Positions 34,762-35,406 of a stretch of DNA of 35,406 nucleotides are shown one piece after another; position 1 is the first letter of the stretch; each line of letters starts with the position of its first letter. The notes below the pieces were generated by a model that made no database searches, was not told the origin of the DNA, and saw nothing but the letters and a program-made list of their open reading frames with translations. The DNA comes from Hyphomicrobiales bacterium (GTDB lineage: Bacteria > Pseudomonadota > Alphaproteobacteria > Rhizobiales > Aestuariivirgaceae). The stretch is from contig JANMEM010000013.1 in NCBI GenBank assembly GCA_031376985.1, positions 1 to 35,406 of the forward strand, in the 5' to 3' direction. The position numbers and the translations under genes are program-made.

Positions 34762-35406
34762 CATTCTTCACGCTGCGCTTGGCCAGTTCTGCTGTGGCAT
34801 GTTCAATTTCTGATTTGATACGGGCCTTGTTCCAACCCAGCACGTTTGAAGCAATCACCGCCGTTTCTTGAATGACGTCGGCTGTCAGCAGTCCTTCCAT
34901 GGTAATGGCGGTGCGGCGCAGCAGCAGATCAGCGAGATGGCGAACGCTTTCGTGGGTGCAGATGTAAGCAATCTCGCCGGTGCTGTAGCCGGGAAGCGAC
35001 GACAGCGGACGGTCTTGTGTTGTTGCCGCGAAGTCCTGCACAGCAAAAGCCGTGGTGCCATAACGATCCAGCAGTGCGTCACCGCGTACTCCAATTTTGC
35101 TGAGCATGGCCTTGCGGCTGTTGTCATCGCGGGGATAGTCGCGTCCGCCGCCTATGGCCAATTCCACCGTTGAAACCGAGCGCGGCTTTTTCAACAGCGA
35201 CAACACTGCATCACAGGATTGTTCCGAGAAGGCGCGGAAGGTGGTCCACTTGCCACCGATCAGTGATAGTACGGGGATTTCAGTGCAAGGCAGCTTGTCG
35301 TGGCCAATGCTGTGGTCGCGTGAGACATCGCCGATGTCCTTGCCATTGGCGCGGGGCAGGGGCCGCACACCTGAGTAGGTCAATATGACATCATCACGTG
35401 TGAGTT
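34736..35406 (-). CDS. FAD-dependent glycerol-3-phosphate dehydrogenase family (GlpD/EryB-like), C-terminal part; 5' end outside the window
   Basis: YSGVRPLP, VSRDH, IGGKWTTFRAF, RYGT, HLADLLLRRT. The frame stays open to the window edge. Confidence 0.85.
   Translation of the reverse strand, partial: LTRDDVILTYSGVRPLPRANGKDIGDVSRDHSIGHDKLPCTEIPVLSLIGGKWTTFRAFSEQSCDAVLSLLKKPRSVSTVELAIGGGRDYPRDDNSRKAMLSKIGVRGDALLDRYGTTAFAVQDFAATTQDRPLSSLPGYSTGEIAYICTHESVRHLADLLLRRTAITMEGLLTADVIQETAVIASNVLGWNKARIKSEIEHATAELAKRSVKNVRPALASP

Noticed and set aside
1-35406. CRISPR arrays, tRNA/rRNA genes, and the many overlapping antisense ORFs (e.g. 30429-31076, 23626-24234)
   Set aside because: No repeat-spacer periodicity or cloverleaf/rRNA signature seen. 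Shadow ORFs overlap well-supported genes and lack motifs.

Overview
Window from an alphaproteobacterium (Rhizobiales-like; taxon inferred from an alpha-type LexA box and the protein families). 1-5577 is backbone: RsmB/NOP methyltransferase (5' truncated), a small secreted Cys protein, divergent mntR/mntH with tandem MntR boxes, a DUF3291 gene and guaA. At the guaA 3' end is the left junction of a guaA-targeting island: GAGTGGGA core, TGACGGTA arm-type repeats, P4-like tyrosine integrase, AlpA and nested IS3/IS4 remnants; I found no attR. From about 8.5 kb to the end lies a ~27 kb sugar/polyol catabolic locus. Cluster I (RpiR-type regulator, shared 15-bp operator): ABC transporter, transglutaminase-like protein, FGGY kinase, CetB-like VOC protein, class II aldolase, CbbY, acetoin-dehydrogenase-like E1a/E1b plus lipoyl-PSBD-alpha/beta-hydrolase, Gph-like phosphatase, MDR, ABM, MBL-fold protein and EryA-like kinase. 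Cluster II (SorC-type regulator): G1PDH-like dehydrogenase, FGGY kinase, second E1a/E1b, free lipoyl carrier, second aldolase and LipL-like transferase, followed by a convergent GlpD/EryB-like gene (truncated). The two best leads are (1) a LexA-boxed sigma70 promoter followed by a ~200-nt multi-hairpin non-coding segment between the clusters (candidate SOS-regulated ncRNA) and (2) two TPP/lipoyl modules with no E3 and no classical E2 embedded among sugar-phosphate enzymes (candidate undescribed oxidative ketose-cleavage pathway). All family calls come from motifs read by eye, not from database searches.
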